A stretch of 61,172 bases of DNA, the filler included, from Sphacelaria rigidula (taxonomy: Eukaryota), in assembly GCA_964200075.2 (NCBI GenBank). It is 9 parts of 9 records of this genome, joined end to end, with 100 filler letters (N's around TTAATTAATTAA, not from the genome) between each part and the next. Parts side by side here need not be neighbours in the genome. Positions count along the whole stretch, not along the records: positions 47,659 to 54,365 come from CAXNAA020018487.1; positions 54,466 to 61,172 come from CAXNAA020018488.1; 7 more parts are not named here. One strand, written 5' to 3'. Positions within the stretch are counted from its first letter, which is position 1, and every line of letters starts with the position of its first letter. The notes under the pieces are model-generated. The model saw only the letters and a list, made by a program, of their open reading frames with translations, made no database searches and had not been told where the DNA came from. Positions 50,268 through 61,172 of this stretch are shown piece after piece. The translations under genes were made by a program, and so were the position numbers.

Positions 50268-50911
50268 CAAAGAAAAGAGTAGGGAGGAAACGAGTAACAG
50301 GGTACGCCGAAAGAACCAGTTCGTTGGAGAGGTTGATGGCGTACGTGGTTGGGAATCGTACACACCGGGTGTGTGCCCCGGAAACGGGTGGGTACGGGAC
50401 GTGCTGAAGAATACCAACGGTGTGCGTCGGCCGCCTGCGAATACAAACAAGAAGGAAAACCAGAGACAAAAAACAAGGAAAACAGGTGACCAGGCAAGGT
50501 AGGAAGAAGGGGAAACAGGGCAGAACAAACAAAAACAGAAGAAAAAAAACTAGCAAAAACAAGGAAAAGAGAACAAAAGCTTCATACAGGAACAGGCATA
50601 CGCGGCAACGGTTCATGAGAGAACACAGACATACGCGGCTACTGGGTACTGCCGAGGGAAACGTGAGTAACCGGGCTACACGTGGTTCAAGGAAACGAGA
50701 CCACGAGAGGACAAGGGGAAGCAGGGGGGAATTCTAAAAAAACACGACGAGATCAGGGGGACGACGATTGGTGGTAGGGAAAAACGCAGACAACCGACTC
50801 ACAACGGTACTTGAGAAAACGACACCAACGACAAGACAAAAACAGGGGGATTTCAAAGAACGCGAATAAAATTGGAAGGAACGCAATTCGCTATCAAGAT
50901 TATTCCGTGTC

Positions 50912-52522
50912 CTACGCCGTGTCGGGGTTGCGCAAGACAGCTGTGTCGATGTCCCCTCTGTCGTGTAGTTGTAGGCACCAAGATCCTCGGCGAGCGGTCG
51001 GCATCTCGGTGTAGTAATCGTCGTGGAGACGGATCTTGAGAGGACCCGGATCATCGAGGAAGCGGATGTAGTAGGAATCGTCCGCCTCAGGATCTATCAA
51101 ATGAATCTTCCCTAGCCACCACCGCGAATCCATAGCCCTGTACCAAAAATATGCACCTTTCGGCAAACGTTTCTTCGAAAAAGAGCGCGGGTATTGCGAA
51201 AGAGGAATGAGACTATAGCCCGAAATGACAAATCGTGCCGAGTTTTCTCGGGCCAGTTCACGAGCAGCTGCGCCTTTTCGCACACACCTATATCGTTTGT
51301 TCAACGGGCGGTGTTGGACGACATCTCCGTCCCAATCTAGAAGTGCATCTCTTCGAAAATGACGCCAATCCTCCTCCCGTTCCCACGTAACACGCACGAG
51401 GCCTTTCCAGTGAGTCTGATACATGACCGCAATTTTACCGCCTCGACCTCGAACTAATTGATGGCCCGTTATGCGATCTACCACTAAACGTTCAAGAGGG
51501 CCGTCAGCATCTTCAACCGTCATGTGGTACGGTGGGTATTTCGCCGCATACCTGGTTAGCACATACTGACTGAGCCCCAGAGGCAATTGCTTGGGCATAT
51601 CACTAGTGTCGTGAGGAGGCAGACACGGCTTGCACCGAAGCATCGAGACCCGGTTTTTGGGTTTGACGCCAGGTTCATCCGTGGGAAAATACAAATACAA
51701 AAGCTTCTCACCTACTGGTTTATCGTCAGGTGCGGTATCACAGGGCCCAACTGCCAAAATCTTCCAAGGACCAGTCGAATTCAAGCAAAGCTTCGACTTC
51801 AACACCTTATCCGACGACGACTTAGCAGAGCTTGCACCTTGGGTTACAGTTCTCACATCGTTATACACCCATGCCCATTCACCTACTTTCCACACCGGAC
51901 GGTTGTTCACGGCATCATCCAACACGTTGTTTGCCTTAGCTACCTTTGCTGCGTTGATCAAGTTCTGCCCCCGTACCACCTCATATGCAAGGCGAAGACG
52001 ATTACTAACAGACATATGATACTCCACAATATCCCGATCCAAACTCTGATGACCACCAGAGGGTTTCCTGTCGAACACTGTCAATGGTAACCTGGGCATA
52101 CGATCAATATGAACTTCATTGGGAGCCAAGCCTGTGGCGGCATTGGCGGAGTTGTCGTAGTTCATTTGGACAAGGGGCAAGTGCAGGTCCCAGTCCGTTT
52201 GTCGCTCATTGGTCACTGTGGCAAGTATTTGCGCCATCGTGTGATTAACTCGTTCGATCCCACCGTTTGTGGACGGATGATATGAACTAGTAAATATACG
52301 ATGGGCACCCAGGAGATTACTGATCGCGGCAGAAATTTTGCCGGCAAAATGTGGGCCGTTATCGGATAACCGACGTTTGGGGACACTCCACTGAGGGATG
52401 TTTGTGTACACAAGGACTTTTGCAGTCCCTTCTGCACAATAGTTGGCCTCCGAAACAGCATTCATCACAGCAGGTCGGCTGAACCGATCCGTAAACAACA
52501 AAATGTACTTGTTACCTGTCAT
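50912..52522 (-). mobile_element. Ty3/Gypsy integrase (5'-truncated): core, GPY/F-like motif, chromodomain and extra C-terminal domain
   Basis: GNKYILLFTDRFSR, LSDNGPHF, SSYHPSTNGGIERVNHT, STGPWKI; chromodomain VVDRITGHQLVRGRGGKIAVMYQTHWKGLVRVTWERE; open for over 530 codons. Confidence 0.93.
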
Positions 52523-52872
52523 GAGGAAGGAAGATAGAGAGGCGTTATTTGTTCTCACAGACAACCTTGGGGCAGGTTGGCTTACAGATCGTCCGATCTG
52601 TCCACGGGGAATGCTCCCATAGTTCTGAGAAGATTGATGTACAGACTGGTCTACCCTAGCTCGGGAAGATTAGTGTACAGACTGGCGTACCCTAGCTGGG
52701 GAAGAGTGGTGTACAGATTGGTGTGCCCTAGTCCCGGGGAGGCGAAACGCCTTCCCGGGCCGAGTTCAAAAATAGGTCGCTCGATCGTGCCTCATGCACC
52801 CCTCGCTCACTCTTGAGCTACCCTTCGAGCCGGACCATCTGCTCCTACTGTTTACCATTGGTGAGAACAATG
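52523..52872 (+). mobile_element. Probable partial 5' LTR with three 36-bp direct repeats (52638-52740) and a PBS-like site after ...TTTACCA
   Basis: tgtacaga.tgg...ccctag repeats at 52638, 52674 and 52710; CA at 52856-52857 followed by TTGGTGAGAACAA, ~250 bp upstream of a gag ORF. Confidence 0.5.
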
Positions 52873-53127
52873 TGCTGGGCGATCAAGGGAATAACCAGTG
52901 AGAGTTAAAAAGATATCAAGCCTTTGAGCTCCCTTTGTTTGTTGCTACTGTGACCAACAGTCACGTGAATCTGCACGTGTGCATTTGCAGCTTGTTTTAC
53001 TCGGACACCTAGCGCGTTTGCGCACCTACCCAAGCTTGCAGCACATTGATCATACCTAGGAAGGTGTGGAACCTGTCTATACCTTCCTCTATACTTCAGC
53101 CGTCGCTCCCTTGACGTTGTTGCCTCT

Positions 53128-54030
53128 TTGACGCAGATTCTCGATTCCTTCTTCGCCGCCGTGGACCAAGATCGTGCCTGTGGGCAACCAGCGCCGTTAT
53201 TATTCAGCAATTTGGAAAGGCGTTTCATAGGGTATTTCGACGAGTCTGATCAGGCAGGCACCATCAAGCGCCTCAGTGCCTTCGCCGTTGCGACAGACGT
53301 GCCCTTTGCTGACTACATTCGCGAATTCAAGCTTTTGGTGTCGAGTGTGACTGGTACCGGGCGACAGAATGGCCCTAATGATGCTATGAGTCAAACATAC
53401 GTTCGCCATAGTATCGCTCAGCAATTTCCGACGCTGATGCCGTCTTGGTTTCCGGGTGCTTTGACGCACACAGAGATGCCTTAAGCCTCTGTAGACGCGA
53501 TGTGGAATGCGTTTGTAGATCAGGAACATAATTTAACGCCTGCCATTCGTGGCGCACAGTGTTCTTCTGGGTCTTCGCAGACCTTGCGTGCCGCTTCACC
53601 GAGTACCTACGGGCCTCGTGGACGCACTCAGACTTTATCCAATAATACTTGGACACCAAACTCTGTCGGTGGATCGGTCATGCCTGTTCGTAACAAAAGA
53701 GACCCGTTCCGTGCAAGCCTTGATGCTTGGCTTTTTTCGGCAGACATTTTTGATGACGTTTATGTCGTGTCCACGACTGCTTTCATCACCAATGACCCAC
53801 ATTTGTGGACCTCCTTGCTATCGCCTTCGGCTCGCAGGGATGCTTTTCGTCGCCATGCTAACATATGCATTAACTGTAATGGTACTGGCCACAGTATGCG
53901 AGATTGCCCTAAACCTTGCATCAATATGTTTTTGCTCATGAACCCTGAACTTTAGAGCAACAGGCAGGCGTGGCGCCGATGGCAAAAACGCATGCGCGAG
54001 TATACTCCACCTTCTCTACCAAACTCATAG
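53128..54030 (+). pseudogene. Retrotransposon gag with CCHC zinc knuckle, with in-frame stops
   Basis: ORFs 53128-53484 and 53500-53955 share a frame; PFADYIREFKLLV capsid-like motif; CINCNGTGHSMRDC (CX2CX4HX4C). Confidence 0.85.
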
Positions 54031-55876
54031 CGACTCTCGCTCAAATCGCGACCGCCGCCACACCACTAGCACAGTCTCAGGGACTCGCCATAGAGATAGT
54101 GCTTTCGGCCCTTCTCAGTCTTCACATGGTCATCACCAGCGAACAGGGCCGACTCACCACAACGCCAACCCCAATGCCAGAAACCCTGGTTCTTTCATGA
54201 CGGATCGCAACGACCCGTGACACGCCGACGACGGCGTGAAGTCTTCGGCGCCGCCGATAGCAGAATCGAAGACTCATCCAACACACAACACCGCTCGGGT
54301 GACAACACGTTCTCACCCATCACTATTCAGAAGATCAATTAACGGCCGTTCTTCTCTACCCCCGTNNNNNNNNNNNNNNNNNNNNNNNNNNNNNNNNNNN
54401 NNNNNNNNNTTAATTAATTAANNNNNNNNNNNNNNNNNNNNNNNNNNNNNNNNNNNNNNNNNNNNAGACGCGACACGGGTCGAGAGGGGTTGGGGGACGA
54501 GGTGGCCCCCTATGATGACGATGACGACTGTGATACTGGAAGTGACGGCGATGGCAATGATGGTGGTGGTTGCAATAGCAACAGTGATGACGCTGGAGTC
54601 TCGAGTTGCAGTGGGGCAGTTGGAGAGTGAAAGCAAAAAGTTCACATACAGTCGGGATGCGGACGCGAGCGTACAGTTCAGGGCGGGGTCGAGATGCTGT
54701 CATGTAGCATGATGGGGTGTTGCGATGGTGTGTATGACGGGACGGTACGGAGCGATATTGAGGTGGATATCAACGATTTCTCTTTCGACTGAGACATTGC
54801 CGCATCATATATGCTGGAACCAGATTGGAAAGCTCGACGGGTATTTGCAGTACGGTTGAGTCGTGAAATAAAATGTTAATGTTGTGCATCGGCCGTCAAA
54901 AAAAGAAATTATTCACGATTTTTCATGTCCCGTTCTTCATGGAGCTCAATCATCCGCTCGGCACATCATTGCGTTGGCAGTGATATCCCTCCAGCACGTC
55001 ACTGACGAGCAACTTGACGCCCGAGATTTCTGTCTGGACGCGAGCCTCAAGACAAGCAGGAGCGAGAACATCGTCGACATTCAAACACACGTTGTTATGG
55101 TCCATCGCCCGCAGCTAGCCAGGGATGGGCGGCATGTGCAACCACGGACACACTTCCTACTCCTCCCCAAAATTACACATCAGCAGCGTCGTGCGGTTCT
55201 CTTGAGGGCTTTTTGATATTCAACGGCTAGGGTCTTCAAACCTCATTTCATTGATAAACCTCATTTTATAGAATCCCCTGTTACATGCTGACGTACGTGC
55301 ATCGAGGCGGAAGAGAACCGCGGCGAATAAGCTGGGGGTTGACAGCATATGGGGAGCGTGGCATGAACAACAGCAGGCGGTGTTGCAGCACAGAAACGGC
55401 GTAAGGGAGGATCAGCTGCTGGCAATACAATCTCCCGAGGAAGTGCCGATGTCCGTATCCCCATATAACTCAAGACGGGATCCTACTCGGGGCTCACCGG
55501 GGGAGGTTTCCACGCCGTCGGGACACCGTAACAAGCGACCAGGCTCACCATACACCTCGCGACCAACTCGTGCAGGCGCGCCGGCGTCAAAACCGAAGCG
55601 AAAAAAGAAGAAGGCTACATATGTTGCCGCCATTGGGGTCGACGAATGCAAAGTTGAAGGTGTCGGCAGCTCATCTTGCGCGGGTTCGGAGCAAGAGTAG
55701 GGAGCGCCGGCGCCTACGAACGGGGCTGCCAGCGAGCTAACGACGCATCCCGACCGTGGGGCAACACCTCCCGATACTGATCGTGGTGAACATCGCGCGC
55801 GCGGTGAAAGAGGGAGATTGACGACGCGACGCAGTAGTTCTCAGGTCTCTCTGGGGATCATGGTAGCTGCACAGGG

Positions 55877-57899
55877 GTGCGTGCTGCGCCGGTAGGGCCT
55901 ACCCCGGTTAGTGGAATGAGGAGGAGGAAAGGACGTAAGCCGGTTTGCAATAGTGATGTGTGCGGCATGCAGTTCCCCGTCTTCGACGACGAATGCAACA
56001 CGCACTCTTCTTTCGGTCAGGTCCACGACCCAGCATCGCGACTGTGCTTCGCCTGCCATCGACCAGGGCCCGGGGAAGGCAATATCTGGCGTCATCTTGG
56101 TGCGGCGCGAATCACGGAGGCTCGGCAATTTCTGGAGTCGTGTGCGGATGATGACGGTGTACGCCCGGCTGCGCTCGTGAAAAACTATCAACCGAATTCA
56201 GATTGCTTGTGCAGCCGGCATGATTGTTTGTGGCGCTCCACCGATCGACACAGGATAACGGGTACTAGACGGAAGGCAAATTCCCTCCCTCCGGTTAGCT
56301 GCACACCCGTGACTGTCGGTTTAACACCCCTCCCTACCCCTGCCGAGCCGGACTGTGTTGCAGAGGTACGCCAAAACGTGATTGCGACCGTTGAGGAGGG
56401 GCGTTAAGTGGGAGTGGAGGATGTTTAATCCTGGCTGACCGAAGCCAGAACCGCAGTGAACGCCCGGGCTGTTCTAGACATGCGCACCAGGGAGCAAGCG
56501 CTGAGAATTGTCGATGCAGTGGCCGCGGACGGCGCAGTCGACGCCAAGGTTAAGAAGATAAGCGGGGTTGATGCGGCTGTATGCGATGGGCGACACAAGT
56601 TCATCTATCTCGTTCCTTCGGTGGTGGCGCCCGAGGTAGCCATCGCGGCCGACGTTCAACTTCGCAACATGTGTACGAGGGTACGAGAGTTGGAGCGTTC
56701 TGTCTCCCGCCTCACCGCCGAGATCAAGACTGGTCAGCCTATTGAACACGCACTCCAGCGGGTGACAGCTGCCGGTTCGGAGGGGGATAAACGGGCCGTG
56801 GTCATAGCGGCTGGGTCTATCGTCAGGGGGGGGGGCGTACTCATTTGTTGCTTGCCTTAGTCATTTGACCATTGACCACGCATCCCTTTCGAGACGGAGC
56901 ATCGAAAGTGCGGGGTCAAGCTACTGGCCACGGTCTTTTTCTTCAGGTACGAAAACGCATTTGCGCAAGTCGCCGCGGATCTTGGACATCTCTTCACCAC
57001 GACCGGGCAGAATCTGGAGTCTTTCGTGAACAAGATCCGTCTGTGCATCACCACAGTACATGGGCACATGCTTTCCCGGTGCTGCCCGGACTTCGAGGCC
57101 TGCCAGAAGCACGTGGATAAGGCCGACGCAGTATTGGAATACTGGGGGGGGGGGCTTTGGGATGAGCATGCCTACAGTAAGCTTCAACGGGCGAGTATGG
57201 GGCGTTGAACAAGAAAAAAGGCTCACCACAAGGGTGGGATAAAGGCGGCGAGCAGAGGGGCGGTGGAGCTTACACGGGACAACATAGTTGCATACTTTTC
57301 AAGCCACACGTATGTCGATATATCCGGGATTGTGCGAACCCTGAGATGCGCGTGCAAGCCGGAAAGGGCGGCGCAAAGACGTCACCGGTGCCGAGATTGC
57401 AGATGTTTGGGGAATTGTACGCTGAGCTGCGGTTGCCAGGGCCGCTGCTTTTTGCCGACCCCCTGACCCAGCGGCCGACGCTACTGCTACAGGTGATTCC
57501 GCCGGAGGAAACGTCGATAAGTCCCGCCGACGTCGTAAGGGGGGGGGCGGATCCACGGCGAACCATGGAAGGGGCGGGTCAGCGGCGTTGCGTGGCGGGG
57601 GGCAGGCCAATGGAGCGAGGAAGGCCCCGGGGGTAGGTGTTCATAGTTGTCTTGGTGAGGAGTGCTGCCGACGAGATGGCGAGAGGATAGCGAGTGTAAC
57701 GGGAGGGAAATCGGATTCGGGACCAGATCCTACCAGTCGCAGGTGTTGCGACGGCGGTCTAAATGGTTCGCCAGAGGGTGGATCGAAGCATTCAGCCGGG
57801 ATCTGGCTTGGAGATTCAGACTCCAAGTGTAGCGACTCAGAGGAAGAGAATTCGGCATCGGAAGCGGGCAAAGACTACGACGACGAATTCGCGTTTTGA
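55877..57899 (+). pseudogene. Degenerate, internally deleted Academ(X)-like transposon protein: N-terminal Cys/His region, C-terminal helix, Cys-rich finger and acidic tail
   Basis: ORFs at 55877, 56456, 57026 and 57263 share one frame with scattered stops; motifs CFAC...HDC, VNKIR...CPDFEACQKHVDKADAVLEYW and CACK...CRDCRC...CTLSCGCQGRC. Confidence 0.55.
56826..56901 (-). repeat. Terminal ~76 bp of an R1-related repeat inside the Academ-like ORF
   Basis: Reverse complement tgctccgtctcgaaagggatgcgtggtcaatggtcaaatgactaaggcaagcaacaaatgagtacgcccccccccc matches ~10948-11020 and 33650-33693. Confidence 0.88.
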
Positions 57900-60100
57900 C
57901 TGCACCTGTATCGAAAGTGGTAGACATGTTTCTTGCAGATGAGTTGCGTAGGTATATAAGTAACCGTGGGAGTTATCTTCAACGGATGGAAGTTATAACC
58001 CGTGCGTAGGGTTGATGGGGACATTGTAGAGTGCCTGATGCAGTGTGCCCTTGTGTGCAGACGTCTACGGCGGGTCGTCTGGCGACACCCTTGGGCGAAT
58101 CGCCGCTTGTATCTCAAGATAATGCGTGATACTATAATGGTGGAACGAACGACTAATAAAGCGAAAATGATTATCAAGACGCGGTGTTGCAGATAACCTT
58201 ATGGACTCCTGTGCAACACGACCACCACACGCGCGTGGACTGCAGTCGTGAGGCGGCGTTCATAGCGCTTTGCACAGCGGGCGAACCGCCACCAATATTT
58301 GGTGTGATAACCGATCGTGAAAATTGAGGACAACGGTTTAACGGTTTGCATTGACGATGATAAGTCGGTTTATTCCTATCTTCATATATGTGGAGCATTT
58401 TTTTTTAATATGCCTGCATTCCTTCACGTGCCGATAGCTATCACCAATTTCTGCATGCCATCCAAGATTGAAATCCGATAACCGAATTTCTGGGGTCCGA
58501 TGTGTATATGTTCTGTGGTCATGGTGGGGGGGGGGGGATACGTGATAAAGATGGAACACGTAATCCATCCTCTATGTCGCAGAACAGTGGTTCCAAGTGC
58601 TGCACGCTGGAGGAACATCAGATGATGTTTTCCGTCCCTAACCCTTCATTATTGCCCACCAAACTTCGGTCCCCATCACACCGCACAGTCAATGTGACTA
58701 CGCGTGCTTCGAAGCAAACCCTGAAGCAGTGTCCGTGGTATCTCTTTTGTTTCCGACAGCTTATAGTATCATTGACGAAATGTCATGAAGAAGCATTGCA
58801 GGTCTGTTCAGAGTTGATCGGGTACGAATGTGAGTTTGTATATATGGTAAAAAAGAGACGGCGAGGGTACCACCCAGAGGTGATCCCTCGCCACCTCCCC
58901 TCACTACCATCTGCAACACTACTTGCTTCCAGCAAAGAAGTGTGACTATCGGTGAGACCCATTGGATTGGATATTCGATTGATTGGGTAGATACTGGAGT
59001 AAGAATTAAGATAATCAAGAGAAGTTAAAAGACCTACTGCGTGAGTTATTGCCTCTTATCTGACGTATAGCGGTATACAGTATTTACAAGTAATTACAGC
59101 CGACGGTTGTATACTTGTCTGCCAAGCTTGTGCCTTGCCAAGCTTGCTTGTGCCTTGGGCTGCACACTGTGCTCTTGCATTATACTGCCGCTTGCTCATC
59201 ATTACATTGGCGTTCGACAAAGGAGCTTCATCTTTGGCTATTGCGTTTCTTCCTCGTCTTGATTTGTGTCCTTCGTGGTCATCTTGTCCGTGTCCCTCTG
59301 TTGACAGGTGTGGTCAAATCTACCTCTCACGGTAGTCGGTCGCTTTAAAAAGCTGATGCCCCGCGTGCCTGTACGGTAAACTGTATTCGTGTTTTTCGGT
59401 AGGGAGTATTAGCGCTCCGCTACTTGCAACAACCTGCTGCTGCGGCGTTCGCCTTCACATCTTGCCTTGTCACTGTGGGTCACCGCGCACTGTCTGTATT
59501 TTTACTATCTGCACAAGCCTCGCGGCTTCAGCCCCCACTGCACGATTGGAAATCATTTGTGATTCACCAACGCACGACCGCCGCGTCAAGCCCTCGTGGG
59601 CTCACGTATTTGGTCTGGTGGTCGTCTTTCCTTCTGCAGCGTAAGTCTTCTACTACAGGTTTGTATAGAACACCGGCGCACCAAAGCGCACTGTTGTTCA
59701 CTGCCGGCCGCTGTCCCTGACCTGAGCCTCTGCCGAGTAAGGTGCTGCTGCTCCTACTTTTTTTTTCGATTTTACGCGACTGTTTGGATCTTCCTTCAGG
59801 AGTCACCGAACAAGGACATCTGTACACCAAATGTACCAACTTTGAACCGTTCCGGCACTTTGCGTTTGTTTATTGTAGCTACTTTGTTCTTATTGTAGCC
59901 TTGGTTTTGTTGCGTGTAACTACCTCGTTCTTGTTGTCCTCTCGTGTACGTTGCACACCCGTGAGGCAACGCGGTACATCACCGTGTTAAGTACTCATAG
60001 ACAGCACAACGTGCTGCGAGTTTTTTCTCTCCTGACCTCCTCTCGGACGAACAAATTTTTCCTTCCGAGACGGCGTGTTGCGATACTACCCGTTGGAACA

Positions 60101-60535
60101 CTCGACTTCGTTGGATAACAAGACTTCGCTCTGTACTACGCAGCCAGATTTCGCGGCCATATACACAAGCTTTGTAAAAGCTTTTGTATTGCATCACACT
60201 GTGCACCTTTTGTGCGCATCATACGTTGCCTCGACTTCGTTGGATAACAAGACTTCGCTCTGTACTACGCAGCCAGATTTCGCGGCCATATACACAAGCT
60301 TTGTAAAAGCTTTTGTACTGCATCGCACTGTGCACCTTTTGTGCGCATCATACGTTGCCTCGACTTCGTTGGATAACAAGACTTCGCTGTGCACTACGAA
60401 GCCAGATTTCGCGGCCATATACCCAAGCTTTGTAAAAGCTTTTGTATTGCATTGCACTGCGCATCTTTCGTGCGCATCATCCGTTGCTTCGACTTCGTCG
60501 CGGCTCCATACCCAAGCTTTGTAAAAGCTTTTGTG
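60101..60535. repeat. Tandem array, 129-bp unit, three near-identical copies plus a deleted fourth
   Basis: tcgacttcgt recurs at ~60102, 60231, 60360 and 60489; internal quasi-palindrome caagctttgtaaaagctttt. Confidence 0.95.
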
Positions 60536-60968
60536 CCACGTCTCGCTTGCCCCGTGATAATCCAGTTCTAGGCTACCTGTACCGCACACCGGAACACGTG
60601 TAAATTTTACGACTTCCACATACCAACGCTGCTACAGACAACCAGAGCCTCGTTTTTCTTCGACACACGTCTGTTCTGTACACAATTCCGCATTCCGTTG
60701 ATAAGCTGTGACGGCCACAACTTTAATAAAGTTGTATTAACCGGACCCCGGACATAGTTGTTCCACACAGCACTCCGCTTGAATAAATTACTCAAGCACA
60801 TCGGGACCCACGGTCTCCCCAGGCGCTATTAGGCTTCATTATCCAGTAATTCCGGATATAAGCTCCGGCTTTTGCACTGCAGCTCGGTTGACACGCTCCT
60901 TTAATTAGAGCTCACAGACCAGACATACTGCCCCTGCCTTTTTGAAATAAAGGTTGCGTACTGATATC

Positions 60969-61172
60969 ATGTCGCACAAAAACATCGCTGGCTCCTCCCC
61001 TCAATTGGGAAACCAATCGCTTCGCCGGACCCGAAGCCAGACTACTAGTGGTTCGAAATCATTTAAAATAAGCAGCACGCCACCTTCAACACATCGCCGC
61101 ACGTATGCGAGCGCTGTTCGTTCTTCGGGATCTGAAGACCAACTTTCGAGCGAAGCTCGTTCTTCAAGCCTT
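60969..61172 (+). CDS. Possible start of a retroelement gag/ORF1-like protein, open to the window end
   Basis: MSHKNIAGSSPQLGNQSLRRTRSQ...RRTYASAVRSS; Ser/Arg-rich with a TYASAV motif common in ORF1/gag N-termini; no diagnostic domain. Confidence 0.25.
   Translation, partial: MSHKNIAGSSPQLGNQSLRRTRSQTTSGSKSFKISSTPPSTHRRTYASAVRSSGSEDQLSSEARSSSL

Noticed and set aside
49871..50737. Antisense ORF downstream of the integrase
   Set aside because: Only short, low-complexity, A-rich frames interrupted by a (CA)n tract; no recognisable motif.
54884..55216. Ulp1/C48 protease-like fragment upstream of the Academ-like ORF
   Set aside because: Only a vague HFLLL pattern; catalytic Asp/Cys motifs not found.
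60101..60535. CRISPR-like array
   Set aside because: Units are contiguous and near-identical with no unique spacers; no cas genes; eukaryotic context.

Overview
Eukaryotic, intron-rich and transposon-rich DNA, most consistent with a brown alga (Phaeophyceae, stramenopile); this is inferred from gene families, GT-AG exon structure and repeat types, not from a database search. The window is not one locus. It is nine unplaced contigs (6709, 6709, 6709, 6708, 6708, 6708, 6707, 6707, 6707 bp; size-sorted) joined by an artificial 100-bp N44-TTAATTAATTAA-N44 linker, so adjacency across linkers is meaningless. Host gene fragments: GET3/ASNA1 exon 1 head-to-head with a probable organelle-targeted gene, a Pmp-like beta-helix/Cys-rich/transmembrane protein (3 exons), an EF-hand protein exon, a probable TM-RING ligase exon, a kinase subdomain XI exon and two TMC-like exons. 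Mobile DNA: two Ty3/Gypsy pol fragments with chromodomains, a CCHC gag, tRNA-derived SINEs, MITEs with TTAA, TWA/TGA, 4-bp, 8-bp and TA target sites, and one very abundant unclassified ~500-bp repeat. Best candidates for novelty: (1) an internally deleted Academ(X)-like DNA transposon relic, with a related copy whose end resembles a foldback MITE; (2) an integrase with a chromodomain plus a second Tudor-like C-terminal module; (3) a possible self-priming PBS upstream of the gag; (4) SINEs sharing head and core but with different tails. All protein-family calls come from motif recognition by eye and need HMM or structure confirmation.
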